From IMG/VR virus record IMGVR_UViG_2974587864_000001: a stretch of 64,000 nt of DNA. One strand, written 5' to 3'. Shown here one piece after another: positions 39,682-49,076 of the stretch. A program made the translations under genes and the position numbers. This DNA comes from a virus (lineage: Duplodnaviria; Heunggongvirae; Uroviricota; Caudoviricetes; Straboviridae). Within the stretch, counting starts at the first letter, position 1, and each line of letters opens with the position of its first letter. Below the pieces are notes generated by a model, which was given only the letters and a program-made list of their open reading frames with translations, was not told where the DNA came from and made no database searches.

Positions 39682-40146
39682 ATGTTTGGAATGAATGAGT
39701 GTTCAGAAGCGGAAGCGCTCGAAGATTGGGCTGACTTTGATGACCTTGATCTCGATAATGAAGATGGAGAATTCTTCTGTGTTGGGCGCGGGGTTGAAAG
39801 AACAAAGCGTGAACTTCGAAGCCGTTTAGCAATGGGGCGTACTGTTGGATCTGGAAAGAAACAACAAGTTAAATATTCCGATGGTTCGATTCGAAATGAA
39901 ACGGTTGTCAAAGAAGTAAACGGGCGTGTCATTACGTCCGAGCGGCAGAAGGACATCAAACAATTGTACGATGTTGCAAAAGCCGCTAAAGTAGGAACCA
40001 TGATCACTTGTCCTACGTGCAAAGAGTTGCACAAGAAGACGACATATCATAAGGTGTTCTGCTCTAATGGTAAAAAATCCAGGAAAGACTGTAAGAGTAA
40101 ATACTGGAACACGATCCATCCAGAACGTTTGGATCGTATCTTTTAA
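39682..40146 (+). CDS. Hypothetical protein with a C-terminal Zn finger
   Basis: CPTC...FC...C motif; SD AAGGA. Confidence 0.6.
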   Translation: MFGMNECSEAEALEDWADFDDLDLDNEDGEFFCVGRGVERTKRELRSRLAMGRTVGSGKKQQVKYSDGSIRNETVVKEVNGRVITSERQKDIKQLYDVAKAAKVGTMITCPTCKELHKKTTYHKVFCSNGKKSRKDCKSKYWNTIHPERLDRIF

Positions 40147-40169
40147 ATCAAAACGTGGAGTACGTTTAA

Positions 40170-41592
40170 ATGAAAACTTTTAATGAACTGAATAGCCTGA
40201 TCACCTCAACTGATTCCTACAAAGTGTCCCACTGGTTGCAGTATCCACAAGGCACTGATGCAGCGATGTTTTATATTGAATCTCGCGGTGGTAAGTTTGA
40301 TGAAGTAGTAACCGCTGGCGTTAACTTCGTTGCGCGGGTTCTTGCTGAACCAATTACCATGAAACAAGTTGAGTTGGCACGGGTACTTTACCGTAAGCAC
40401 TTTGGGAAAGAGATTTTCAACTACGAAGGGTGGAAGAAGATCGCAGAACTGGGTTATGTCCCTGTTACTTTCCGTGCGATCCCAGAAGGTACGGTTGTTC
40501 CGGTTAAAAATGCCGTTGCGACTGTGTACGCCGAACGTGAATTCTCATGGTTGGCTGGGTGGCTGGAGACAATGACGATTCGCGGTATCTGGTATCCGTC
40601 ATCTGTAGCAACGCTATCGCGTGAGTGTAAAAAGGTTCTGACTCATTACCTTGATATGACTTCTGACCTGACTGGCGAAGCATATAACATCACACTGGGT
40701 ACACGTCTGCATGATTTCGGGGCGCGTGGCGCGACCTCTGCTGAATCTGCGGGTATTGGTGGGCTGGCACACCTCTATAACTTCATCGGGACTGATACCG
40801 TTGAAGGTATGATTATGGCAATCAGTCTGTTTGCGGACTATCAAACTCTGTTTGATGAAGTTGAAAACGTCGAAGCAATCGGTGTTTCAATTCCGGCTCG
40901 CGAACATTCGACTACGATTTCCTACGGTAAAGAGAACGAAGACGAATCATATAAAAACAGCATCGAAATGTTCGGGGATAGTTTCTACGCTTGTGTGTAC
41001 GATTCCTGGGACTACAAAGGCGCTGTAGATCGCATTGCTGAATATAAAGAGCAAATCATTGCTGCGGGTGGTACTCTGGTTGTTCGTCCTGATTCCGGTG
41101 ATATGATTGATAACCCTGCGTAAACTGGGCGAAATCTTCGGATACACCGTAAACAGCAAAGGTTACAAAGTTCTGCATAATTCAGTTCGAATCATCCAGG
41201 GCGACGAGATCCACGGGCCTGAAACAATCAACCGTGTGTTAAGTTGGATGGAAGCGAACAAGTGGGCGAGTGAGAACATCGCGTTCGGTATGGGCGGCGG
41301 TTTGCTGCAAGAAGTTACCCGCGACACTCAAAAGTATGCTGAAAAACTGTGCGCTATCCGCGTGAATGGTGTGTGGAAAGGCGTTTACAAATGCCCGAAA
41401 GGTTCCGAATGGAAACAGAGTAAGAAAGGTTTGCTGATGACCATCACTAACGGTGTGGAATTCAAAACAATCGACACTCTGGAAACTGAGATTCCTGACG
41501 GGTGGCGTGATGCGATGATTACGTATTACGAGAACGGTGTATTAAACACCTCCGATACAGTAGGGGTTATCCGTGAGCGAGCAAGGATTTAA
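40170..41592 (+). pseudogene. nadV: Nicotinamide phosphoribosyltransferase (NadV/NAMPT) split by a frameshift
   Basis: TDSYKVSH, LHDFGARG, IPAREHS, RPDSGD in 40170-41123; GYTVNSKGYKVL, IIQGD, FGMGG, RDTQKYA continue in the +1 frame 41107-41592. Confidence 0.85.
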
Positions 41593-41881
41593 TATCCGCG
41601 CCAACGATAACGGATCAGTAGTCTTCTACAACAATCAGCCCCTTGTCGCTCGCAAGGGGCTTTTTTGTAAGTTGGTGGGCTACGGGTTCAAGTTGGAACA
41701 GGTGGACAACGCGACACTAAAAGAGGTTGTTCGAATTGCTTATCTGCTGAAAGATAAAAAAGATGAACATAAAGCGGTTGCAATGTTGGAGAAATTAGGC
41801 GAAAATCATTGCTTCGTGGTGAATCGTGGGTATAAGTACGAAACGATCGCCTTATTTGAGAAAGGACTGAGTGAACTATGA
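41573..41881 (+). CDS. Hypothetical protein containing an internal terminator-like hairpin
   Basis: GTG start with SD AGGGG; ATGA overlap with dam. Confidence 0.5.
   Translation: MSEQGFNIRANDNGSVVFYNNQPLVARKGLFCKLVGYGFKLEQVDNATLKEVVRIAYLLKDKKDEHKAVAMLEKLGENHCFVVNRGYKYETIALFEKGLSEL
41637..41666 (+). terminator. Intrinsic terminator-like hairpin after nadV
   Basis: AGCCCCTTG-loop-CAAGGGGCT then TTTTT. Confidence 0.7.
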
Positions 41882-42729
41882 GTTATTTGGGTGTTATCCC
41901 CTATACAGGCAACAAGCAGTCTCTATTACCTGAACTCTTCAAGCTGTTCCCCGAAAGAAGTTCATACATGCGTTTCATTGATTGTTTTTGCGGTGGCCTT
42001 AGTGTGTCGTTAAACGTCCCTAAACCCGTTCTAAGCAACGATTACGATAAGACGCTTATTGATATGTATGAGCGTCTTAAAACGCTTCCTGACCTGTCTC
42101 CGGTGCGAGAATTGATTGCATCGAAGGGACTGGGGAAAGACAAGAAAGAAGAGTATCTGAAATTCCGTGATGAATACAACCAGAACAAAGATCCGTTATG
42201 GCTCTATGTCCTGATCCTGCATTCATTCAGCAACGTTAACCGGACAAACGACAAAGGCGACTTCAACGCTAATTTCGGATGCCGGACGCTCAACGATGCA
42301 ACAGTAAAACGCTTTGAACATTTCAAAAAGAATGTGAAAGGCATTGAGTTTTCCAGTGGTTCATTCCGTGACATTGATATCTGTGAAAATGATTTCGTGT
42401 ATTGTGATCCGCCTTACCTGATCACCGATGCAGTGTATAACAAGTTCTGGAACGAAGATCGCGAACGTGAGTTATATGCTTTCCTGGATGAACTGAACAG
42501 CGAAGGAATCATGTTCGGGCTGTCCAATGTGACTCATCACGCCGGAAAACAAAATGATATCCTGATTGAATGGATGCAGAAATACCGCGTTCATAATCTG
42601 GATAAAAAGTATCTGTTAGGCCAGCATACCGACTCTTACGAGCAAAACAAAACGCAAGAAGTCTACGTGTGCAACTACCAGAAACGCGACGTAAATACAT
42701 TCCCTTTAACACTGAACGATTTAATGTAG
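41878..42729 (+). CDS. dam: DNA adenine methyltransferase
   Basis: PYTGNKQSLLPEL, DCFCGGLSVSLN, VYCDPPY; T4 Dam-like. Confidence 0.93.
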   Translation: MSYLGVIPYTGNKQSLLPELFKLFPERSSYMRFIDCFCGGLSVSLNVPKPVLSNDYDKTLIDMYERLKTLPDLSPVRELIASKGLGKDKKEEYLKFRDEYNQNKDPLWLYVLILHSFSNVNRTNDKGDFNANFGCRTLNDATVKRFEHFKKNVKGIEFSSGSFRDIDICENDFVYCDPPYLITDAVYNKFWNEDRERELYAFLDELNSEGIMFGLSNVTHHAGKQNDILIEWMQKYRVHNLDKKYLLGQHTDSYEQNKTQEVYVCNYQKRDVNTFPLTLNDLM

Positions 42730-42735
42730 GTTAAC

Positions 42736-43005
42736 ATGTTTAAAATTTATGGCTATATCCCTTCTGTGTATAACTGCGCTCCGTGCCTGAACTCAAAGCG
42801 CTTGCTGGACGCGAAAAAATATCCGTATGAGTTCGTGTCTGTTGCGGATTCCGTGGAAGACGGTAAACCTGTACTGAACGAAGCGGTGATCGATGAACTT
42901 GAATCCCTGGTTGGTACGCGCCGGATGACCATGCCTCAGATTTTCCATGACGGGAAACATGTAGGCGGGTTCGACCAACTTCGTGAGTACGTCCGCACCC
43001 TGTAA
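42736..43005 (+). CDS. nrdC: Glutaredoxin NrdC
   Basis: MFKIYGY...CAPC..SKRLL...TMPQIF...GGFDQLREY matches T4 NrdC. Confidence 0.88.
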   Translation: MFKIYGYIPSVYNCAPCLNSKRLLDAKKYPYEFVSVADSVEDGKPVLNEAVIDELESLVGTRRMTMPQIFHDGKHVGGFDQLREYVRTL

Positions 43006-43034
43006 TAAATAATGACACGAAAAGAGAGGTTATT

Positions 43035-44114
43035 ATGCAGGATTACGGGCATTGGAAAACGTTAAGAGAAGTTGACATTAATAATTACATAGGATTTGTC
43101 TACGTAATTACATTTGAAAATGGTAAAAAATACGTGGGGGCTAAAAAGATATGGAAACGTATAAAAGTTCCTCCATCTTCGTTTAAGCGCGGCCCCCGAA
43201 AGGGTTTTGAAGAATCGGACTGGAAAACGTATACATCATCATCGAAAGAAGTTAATGATATGATTTCCAGTGGAATACAACCTAAAGATTATTTGATTGT
43301 TGGTTGGTATGATTCATGGGGTAAAACTTTGTTAGCAGAGGCTGAAATGCAATTCTCTAACGATGTTCTCCGAAATCCTGAATGGTTGAACAAGCAAATC
43401 GGCGGTCATTTTAATCCTAACTGTTTTGATGATTTGACTTATGAAGACATCGAAAGGTACATGTCTTTCGATAAAGGCAATGAACACACATCATGGCCCG
43501 TAATGTATCGAGTTGGTAGTAAAACGAAATATGTTAACCCTGATGAAGTAGAATCACATTTACAGCAAGGTTGGCAGTTCGGAAGAAGTAGATTAGAAAA
43601 GTTGTCTGTTGTCTGTATTGTTAGCAAATATAAACTTTATAATACGAAAACTGATGAAGTTGTTGAAGTTGTTAATCAAAATGAATTTGCGCGACAGCAT
43701 AATATAGAATCGGGACACTTGACAAATTTGTTGAAAGGTTCTACTGATAGTGTGGGTGATTGGACATTATTGCCAGAAGTCAGAAGAAAGAACTATGTCA
43801 TCGAAGATGATAAAGGTAATAAATTCTCGTCTGTGTCTGAATGTGAAAGAGCTAATGGATTGAAACGAGGTGCTGCTACTTCTCTATGTAAAAAAGGGAT
43901 CTATAAGAAAATGGTTCCTGAATCCAGGACTCTTTATAAGAAACGGTTATCAACTATTAACTATGTTGAATCTTGTCGTGTTGAATCTGTTTCTAAGATA
44001 ACAGAAAACAGTTTTCGTGGTCTTGTTCCAGATCTTGCTGTATTGCATGATTCGAAAGAATCTGTTATTCTGTGGCTTGAACAATACATATCCTATCTAA
44101 AGGCAACGAAATGA
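43035..44114 (+). mobile_element. GIY-YIG-family putative homing endonuclease with a long C-terminal extension
   Basis: GFVYVITFENGKKYVGAK, ESDWKTYTSSS, E..Q, WLNKQI; AT-rich. Confidence 0.65.
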
Positions 44115-44437
44115 AATATTTAAACGCTCGATTATCGACAAAGCAGAAGCAAAAGCTGATGATGTTGATATCAACCACTGACAAAAAGATCATATCTCTA
44201 CATGATTGGATGCTGGGAAGTGGTGAATCTGATTTGTGTTATGTCAAACCGAAAGACCGACCGATGTTTGATGATTGCGGTCGCACGTTGACAAATTTTT
44301 CTCCTATTACCGTTATTGATGTTTGGCAACTTCTTGAGATTGTGGGGCGTGATATCCCAGTTGACGGAGTTGAACTAATCAGATATCTTAACGAGATTGG
44401 ACACAATTTAGATATTATCCATAAGGCAACCAAATGA
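44111..44437 (+). CDS. Hypothetical AT-rich protein bracketed by 17-bp direct repeats
   Basis: ATGA coupling at both ends; AAGGCAAC(G/C)AAATGAAA at 44100-44116 and 44423-44439. Confidence 0.55.
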   Translation: MKYLNARLSTKQKQKLMMLISTTDKKIISLHDWMLGSGESDLCYVKPKDRPMFDDCGRTLTNFSPITVIDVWQLLEIVGRDIPVDGVELIRYLNEIGHNLDIIHKATK

Positions 44438-46545
44438 AAGTAGAAAAACGCGACGGCAAAACCGTTGATTTTGATAAAGAAAAAATCCGTATTGCTGTAG
44501 AAAAAGCTGGCGGGACTATGACGGATGCTGATGCTGCAATCATGCTGGTTCAGTACAATCATATCCGCGATGGTAGCGCAATGAAGATAGCCCGTATCCA
44601 GGAACTCGTTGAAGAATCCCTGATGAAAACGAACCCAGCGGTCGCCCGTGCATACATCGAATATCGCCACGATCGCGATATTGCCCGTGAACAGAAAAGT
44701 AAGCTGTTCAAAGATATCTCCGGTATGGTGAATCTGTCCAACAAAGAGATCACCAACGAGAACGCGAACAAAGACGCACGGGTGTTCCCGACACAGCGCG
44801 ATCTGCTGGCTGGTATCGTAGCGAAACACTTCGCACGTAACCACATTCTGCCAAAACACATTGTAGAAGCGCATGATTCTGGTGATATCCATTATCATGA
44901 TCTGGATTACAGCCCGTTCACGCCATACACAAACTGCTGTCTGGTGGATTTGAAAGGTATGCTGGCTAATGGCTTCAAGATGGGTAACGCAGACATCGAA
45001 CCCCCGAAATCAATCGGTGTTGCGACTGCTCTTATGGCACAGATCACCGCACAGATTGCCTCTCACCAGTACGGCGGGACAACCTTTGCTAACGTTGATA
45101 AAGTGCTGGCTCCATATGTTCAAATGACATATGATAAGCACTTTAAAGATGCCAAAAAGTATCAAATCCCTCGTGATGTTCAGTATGCAATAGATAAAAC
45201 TGAAAAGGATGTTTTCGACGCGTTTCAGTCATATGAATACGAAGTAAACACCCTGCATACTGCGAACGGTCAAACCCCGTTTGTTACAATTACGTTCGGT
45301 ACTGGTCAATCCCGATGTGAACGCATGATCCAGAAAGCGATTCTGAAAAACCGTATTCGCGGCCTGGGTAAAGAGGGTATCACTCCGGTATTCCCGAAAC
45401 TGGTTATGTTCATGGAAAAAGGAATCAACCTTGATCCAGAGGATCGCAACTATGACATCAAACAACTTGCCCTGGAATGTGCTTCTAAACGCATGTACCC
45501 AGATATCATTAGTTCAGCTAACAACCGTGCTATTACTGGTTCTAGCGTTCCTGTATCTCCTATGGGTTGTCGCAGTTTCCTTAGCGTGTGGCATGATGAT
45601 AACGGTAATGAAATTCTTGATGGACGTAATAACCTGGGTGTGGTGACAATCAACCTCCCGCGTATTGCTCTTGAAGCACAGGAAGCAGACGACGCACACG
45701 AGGCTTTTTGGCGTATTCTTGATGATCGTCTGGGTTTGTGCTTTGAAGCCCTGATGACTCGAATTGATAGTCTACGTGGTGTTAAAGCCAGCGTTGCGCC
45801 TATCCTGTACACAGAAGGTGCATTTGGTGTCCGTCTGAATCCTGATGATGAAATTCTGGAACTGTTCAAAAATGGGCGTAGTTCTATCAGTCTGGGTTAT
45901 ATTGGACTGCACGAAACGCTGTTGATGTTTGGCTCAGGCCAGCATCCATTCGATCGTATCGGCTCCCAGAAATTAGGTCGATTGATCATTGAATATCTCC
46001 GCGCTGCAACCGAAGCATGGAAGAAGAAAACTGGTTTTGGATTCAGTCTGTATTCAACCCCAGCGGAATCGCTCTGCCATCGCTTCTGTAAACTGGACTT
46101 TGAGAAGTTCGGAAGCGTCAAGGGGATCACGGATAAAGGCTGGTACACAAACAGTTTCCACCTGGACGTTGACCGCAAGGTAACACCGTTCGAGAAAATC
46201 GACTATGAAGCCGATTATCATTACATCGCTACTGCTGGTCATATCAGTTACGTTGAATTCCCTGATATGAAAAACAACCTGCAAGCCCTGGAAAAAGTCT
46301 GGGATTATGCGATGGATAAACTGGATTACTTCGGAACTAACCTTCCGGTCGATAAGTGCTTTGTATGTGGCTCTGATGACGAATTCACGCCTACAGAAGA
46401 AGGTTTCCACTGCAAGCACTGCGGTAATCACGATCCGGCTAAAATGAATGTAACTCGTCGTACTTGCGGATATCTGGGCGCTGCTGAACGTCCGATGAAC
46501 AAAGGTAAACAAAACGAAATCATTCACCGTGTGAAACATAACTAA
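44434..46545 (+). CDS. nrdD: Anaerobic ribonucleotide reductase large subunit with ATP cone
   Basis: VEKRDG ATP cone, YTNCC, PMGCRSFL, CxxC...CxxC, RRTCGYLG glycyl-radical motif; no intron. Confidence 0.96.
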   Translation: MKVEKRDGKTVDFDKEKIRIAVEKAGGTMTDADAAIMLVQYNHIRDGSAMKIARIQELVEESLMKTNPAVARAYIEYRHDRDIAREQKSKLFKDISGMVNLSNKEITNENANKDARVFPTQRDLLAGIVAKHFARNHILPKHIVEAHDSGDIHYHDLDYSPFTPYTNCCLVDLKGMLANGFKMGNADIEPPKSIGVATALMAQITAQIASHQYGGTTFANVDKVLAPYVQMTYDKHFKDAKKYQIPRDVQYAIDKTEKDVFDAFQSYEYEVNTLHTANGQTPFVTITFGTGQSRCERMIQKAILKNRIRGLGKEGITPVFPKLVMFMEKGINLDPEDRNYDIKQLALECASKRMYPDIISSANNRAITGSSVPVSPMGCRSFLSVWHDDNGNEILDGRNNLGVVTINLPRIALEAQEADDAHEAFWRILDDRLGLCFEALMTRIDSLRGVKASVAPILYTEGAFGVRLNPDDEILELFKNGRSSISLGYIGLHETLLMFGSGQHPFDRIGSQKLGRLIIEYLRAATEAWKKKTGFGFSLYSTPAESLCHRFCKLDFEKFGSVKGITDKGWYTNSFHLDVDRKVTPFEKIDYEADYHYIATAGHISYVEFPDMKNNLQALEKVWDYAMDKLDYFGTNLPVDKCFVCGSDDEFTPTEEGFHCKHCGNHDPAKMNVTRRTCGYLGAAERPMNKGKQNEIIHRVKHN

Positions 46546-46555
46546 GAACACCTAG

Positions 46556-46599
46556 TATTAGCGCCTTCAATAAATAAAGAAAAATTGAGGGCGCTAATA
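46556..46599 (+). promoter_or_regulatory. RBS-sequestering hairpin with a late promoter in its loop
   Basis: TATTAGCGCCTTCAAT 46556-46571 pairs with ATTGAGGGCGCTAATA 46584-46599 (1 G-U); AATAAATA 46569-46576. Confidence 0.8.
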
Positions 46600-47450
46600 T
46601 GTTTTACACAATCTACAAAATAACCAACACTATCAATGGGCGTGAATATATCGGCGCTCATAAAACTGATAATCTCGATGATCGATACATGGGTTCTGGA
46701 AAGAACATCAAACATGCTATTGATTTCTATGGCATTGAATCTTTCGTAAAGGAAATATTGTATGTTTTTGATACGGAAGAGGAAATGTATCTAAAAGAAG
46801 CTGAACTCGTAACAGACGAGTATATTTCGCTTCCTCACACATACAACATCAAACCCGGTGGTAAAGGCGGAACGGCCTACGAACAAAGCGAAGAACATCG
46901 ACGCAAAAACAGTAATGCGCTAAAAGGAAGAGAAATCACTCCATTACATCGCGATCGGATCTCCCGTGCATTGAAAAATCATGTCCGTAGTGAAGAACAT
47001 CAACGGAAACTGAGTGAAGCATCAAAGATTGCTGTTAGTACACCCGAACATAAAGAAAAGATGTCTGCTCATTTTACAGAACTGTATAAATCTCGTCCTG
47101 AATTGAAACAGCAAATATCATCTTCTGTCAAAGCACATTATGCTAATGAAACAGAAGAAGAGAAAAATCAACGTCGATTGCGTCATACAGGGAAGGTTCG
47201 GTCGGAAGAAACCAAACAAAAACTATCCATTGCTCATAAAGGAAAACATACAGGAGAGAAAAATCCTATGTTCGGCAAACCTGCATCGAATCGCCGTATG
47301 GTTTCTGGTGATGGTGTTGTGTATGGTTCCGTCAAAGAAGCTGCGGAAACACTGGGGTTGTCGCAAGGAACAATCGTTGCTCGATGCAAATCACAGAAAA
47401 ATGTAAATTGGTTCTATGTAGGTGTTGACTTGCCGAATCAAATCGATTAG
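46599..47450 (+). mobile_element. Seg-like GIY-YIG homing endonuclease downstream of nrdD
   Basis: TIYKITN...YIGAH...YMGSG...YN; NUMOD3-like repeats; paralogous to 24970-25608. Confidence 0.85.
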
Positions 47451-47453
47451 TAT
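47425..47453 (+). promoter_or_regulatory. Early sigma70-type promoter for the PspA-like gene
   Basis: TTGACT 47425-47430, 17 nt, TAGTAT 47448-47453, inside the last endonuclease codons. Confidence 0.7.
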
Positions 47454-47499
47454 TTTCTACATCGAAGCAAATCAATTTGAAATAAAATAAGGTAAAATT

Positions 47500-48096
47500 A
47501 TGTTCAAGAAAATCGTAGCATTCGTGACTGGTAAAGTTGAAACTGCAATTGAACAAAACACTTCCCCAGAAGAAGCCTGGCGCAGTGCTGCACGTATCCT
47601 GATCAAAGAGATCGACCGTCTGCAACATACTCGCGTTTCTGCTGTTCAGGAAATCGTGAAGTTGAAAAAGAAAGTCAAAGAACACAAAGACCTTCACACT
47701 GGCAAAGAGTCGGAGATCAAAAAACTGCTGGCGGCGGGGCAGGAAGTGTCCAACAGTCATTATGTTCTGGCGCTGCAACACCGTAACATCTGGCAGGGCT
47801 TGCAGACGAAGATCGAAGAACTGGAAGGGATGAACAAAGAGATTGATCTCTCTGTCGTCGAACTGGATCGCAAACTGGCTGATGTCAAAATCAACCTGGA
47901 GATCATCGAACTGAACAAGCAAACCGAAAGTCTGGGTCTGACTGTACCGGAAGACGTGATCGCCGCTGTAGGCCACACCTCCGTAAGCGTCGATACCATC
48001 GTGACGAAGATTGATGTGTTGCTGGGTGGCAAAAATGCTGCTTCTGTAACCTCCGCTGACGTTAGCGCTTACATCGACTCCCTGAACGCGAAATAA
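47500..48096 (+). CDS. PspA/IM30-like coiled-coil protein
   Basis: Amphipathic MFKKIVAFVTGKVETAIE..SPE start, long heptads, terminal V.AY..SL helix; 198 aa. Confidence 0.5.
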   Translation: MFKKIVAFVTGKVETAIEQNTSPEEAWRSAARILIKEIDRLQHTRVSAVQEIVKLKKKVKEHKDLHTGKESEIKKLLAAGQEVSNSHYVLALQHRNIWQGLQTKIEELEGMNKEIDLSVVELDRKLADVKINLEIIELNKQTESLGLTVPEDVIAAVGHTSVSVDTIVTKIDVLLGGKNAASVTSADVSAYIDSLNAK

Positions 48097-48100
48097 GAGG

Positions 48101-48122
48101 AAGGGGCGCAAGCCCCTTTTTT
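48101..48122 (+). terminator. Intrinsic terminator
   Basis: AAGGGGC-GCAA-GCCCCTTTTTT. Confidence 0.8.
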
Positions 48123-48125
48123 GCT

Positions 48126-49076
48126 ATGAGTTATACTATTCAAAAATATGGTAACGACCATTGGATAATCAACCATGCTCGTAATTTTCGGGTAAAACTT
48201 CCGTCTGATTGGTGGTGTCTTCCTAGTGATGAATGCGACCGATTGATACGGATGTTGCATGATGGGGCGATTAGCCAGCAAGTTTTTCAAGGAATGGTAG
48301 ACCATGCAGCATCGCGGTCACAAGAAAAGTATTGTGCTGAACTCACGTTTGATGGTATGGTTAATTTTCATCTTAAAGAATCATATGAAAGAAGTGCAAC
48401 GGAAGTTCTTAGCGAGATTTACGAAAAAGAGAGGAAAGGTGAAATGATGTTCGAAGATGGTGCATTTAAACCAGCACGTAAAACGTATCCAGACTGGCGC
48501 AAACAGTACGCAGAACAGCTATGGCACATTGACATTCCCGAAGCGCTCATGAAAGCGATTAGCCCTGCGGTTGACTACTATTCAGGCTGGAAAGATGAAT
48601 ATGAGTTAGAGGTCGGTTCGTTTAAGGCGCACGTCATCAAAGCGACCAGAATTCTTGATTTCGTTGAAGCTGTTGCGTCATGTGATATCGTTGAAGATAT
48701 TCGTATTCCTTCAATCAACGTTTCGCGGTATAGTTCTCCTGGTAACATTCGCGGGGATCGTTATGCGAACCTGGCAAGCACTACGGATAAGCTGAACTTC
48801 CATAAAATCAATGAAAAAGGATTTGATGGTTGTGTTCTGATCTCAATGGTGGTTGTCACGACACAAGGCGAATACAAACTGATCATTGATTGTGACAAAG
48901 CGGCTCGTGCAATTCCCACAATCAAACAATGCTTTGGTGAAGATTTCAAAGTATTGATGAAAGCCCGTGCGATGGAAAAATTCATCCATTCGTGCAAAAA
49001 GAACGTGCTGGAGAAGTATGATCCGGCGCTCACATACACCAAAATTGATAAAGATCTGGTAGGTGATTTATGCTGA
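48126..49076 (+). CDS. Hypothetical protein
   Basis: 316-aa ORF; no motif recognised. Confidence 0.7.
   Translation: MSYTIQKYGNDHWIINHARNFRVKLPSDWWCLPSDECDRLIRMLHDGAISQQVFQGMVDHAASRSQEKYCAELTFDGMVNFHLKESYERSATEVLSEIYEKERKGEMMFEDGAFKPARKTYPDWRKQYAEQLWHIDIPEALMKAISPAVDYYSGWKDEYELEVGSFKAHVIKATRILDFVEAVASCDIVEDIRIPSINVSRYSSPGNIRGDRYANLASTTDKLNFHKINEKGFDGCVLISMVVVTTQGEYKLIIDCDKAARAIPTIKQCFGEDFKVLMKARAMEKFIHSCKKNVLEKYDPALTYTKIDKDLVGDLC

Noticed and set aside
40170-40200. NAMPT N-terminus MKTFNEL resembling a capsid-targeting sequence
   Set aside because: No (I/L)-x-E-A cleavage site and no late promoter; the gene lies in an early unit
41100-41125. Programmed frameshift in nadV
   Set aside because: No X XXY YYZ or CCC-stop slippery site, and residues appear to be missing, which favours a deletion or assembly error
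44434-46545. Possible group I intron in nrdD, as in T4
   Set aside because: ORF is continuous, full-length and contains all motifs
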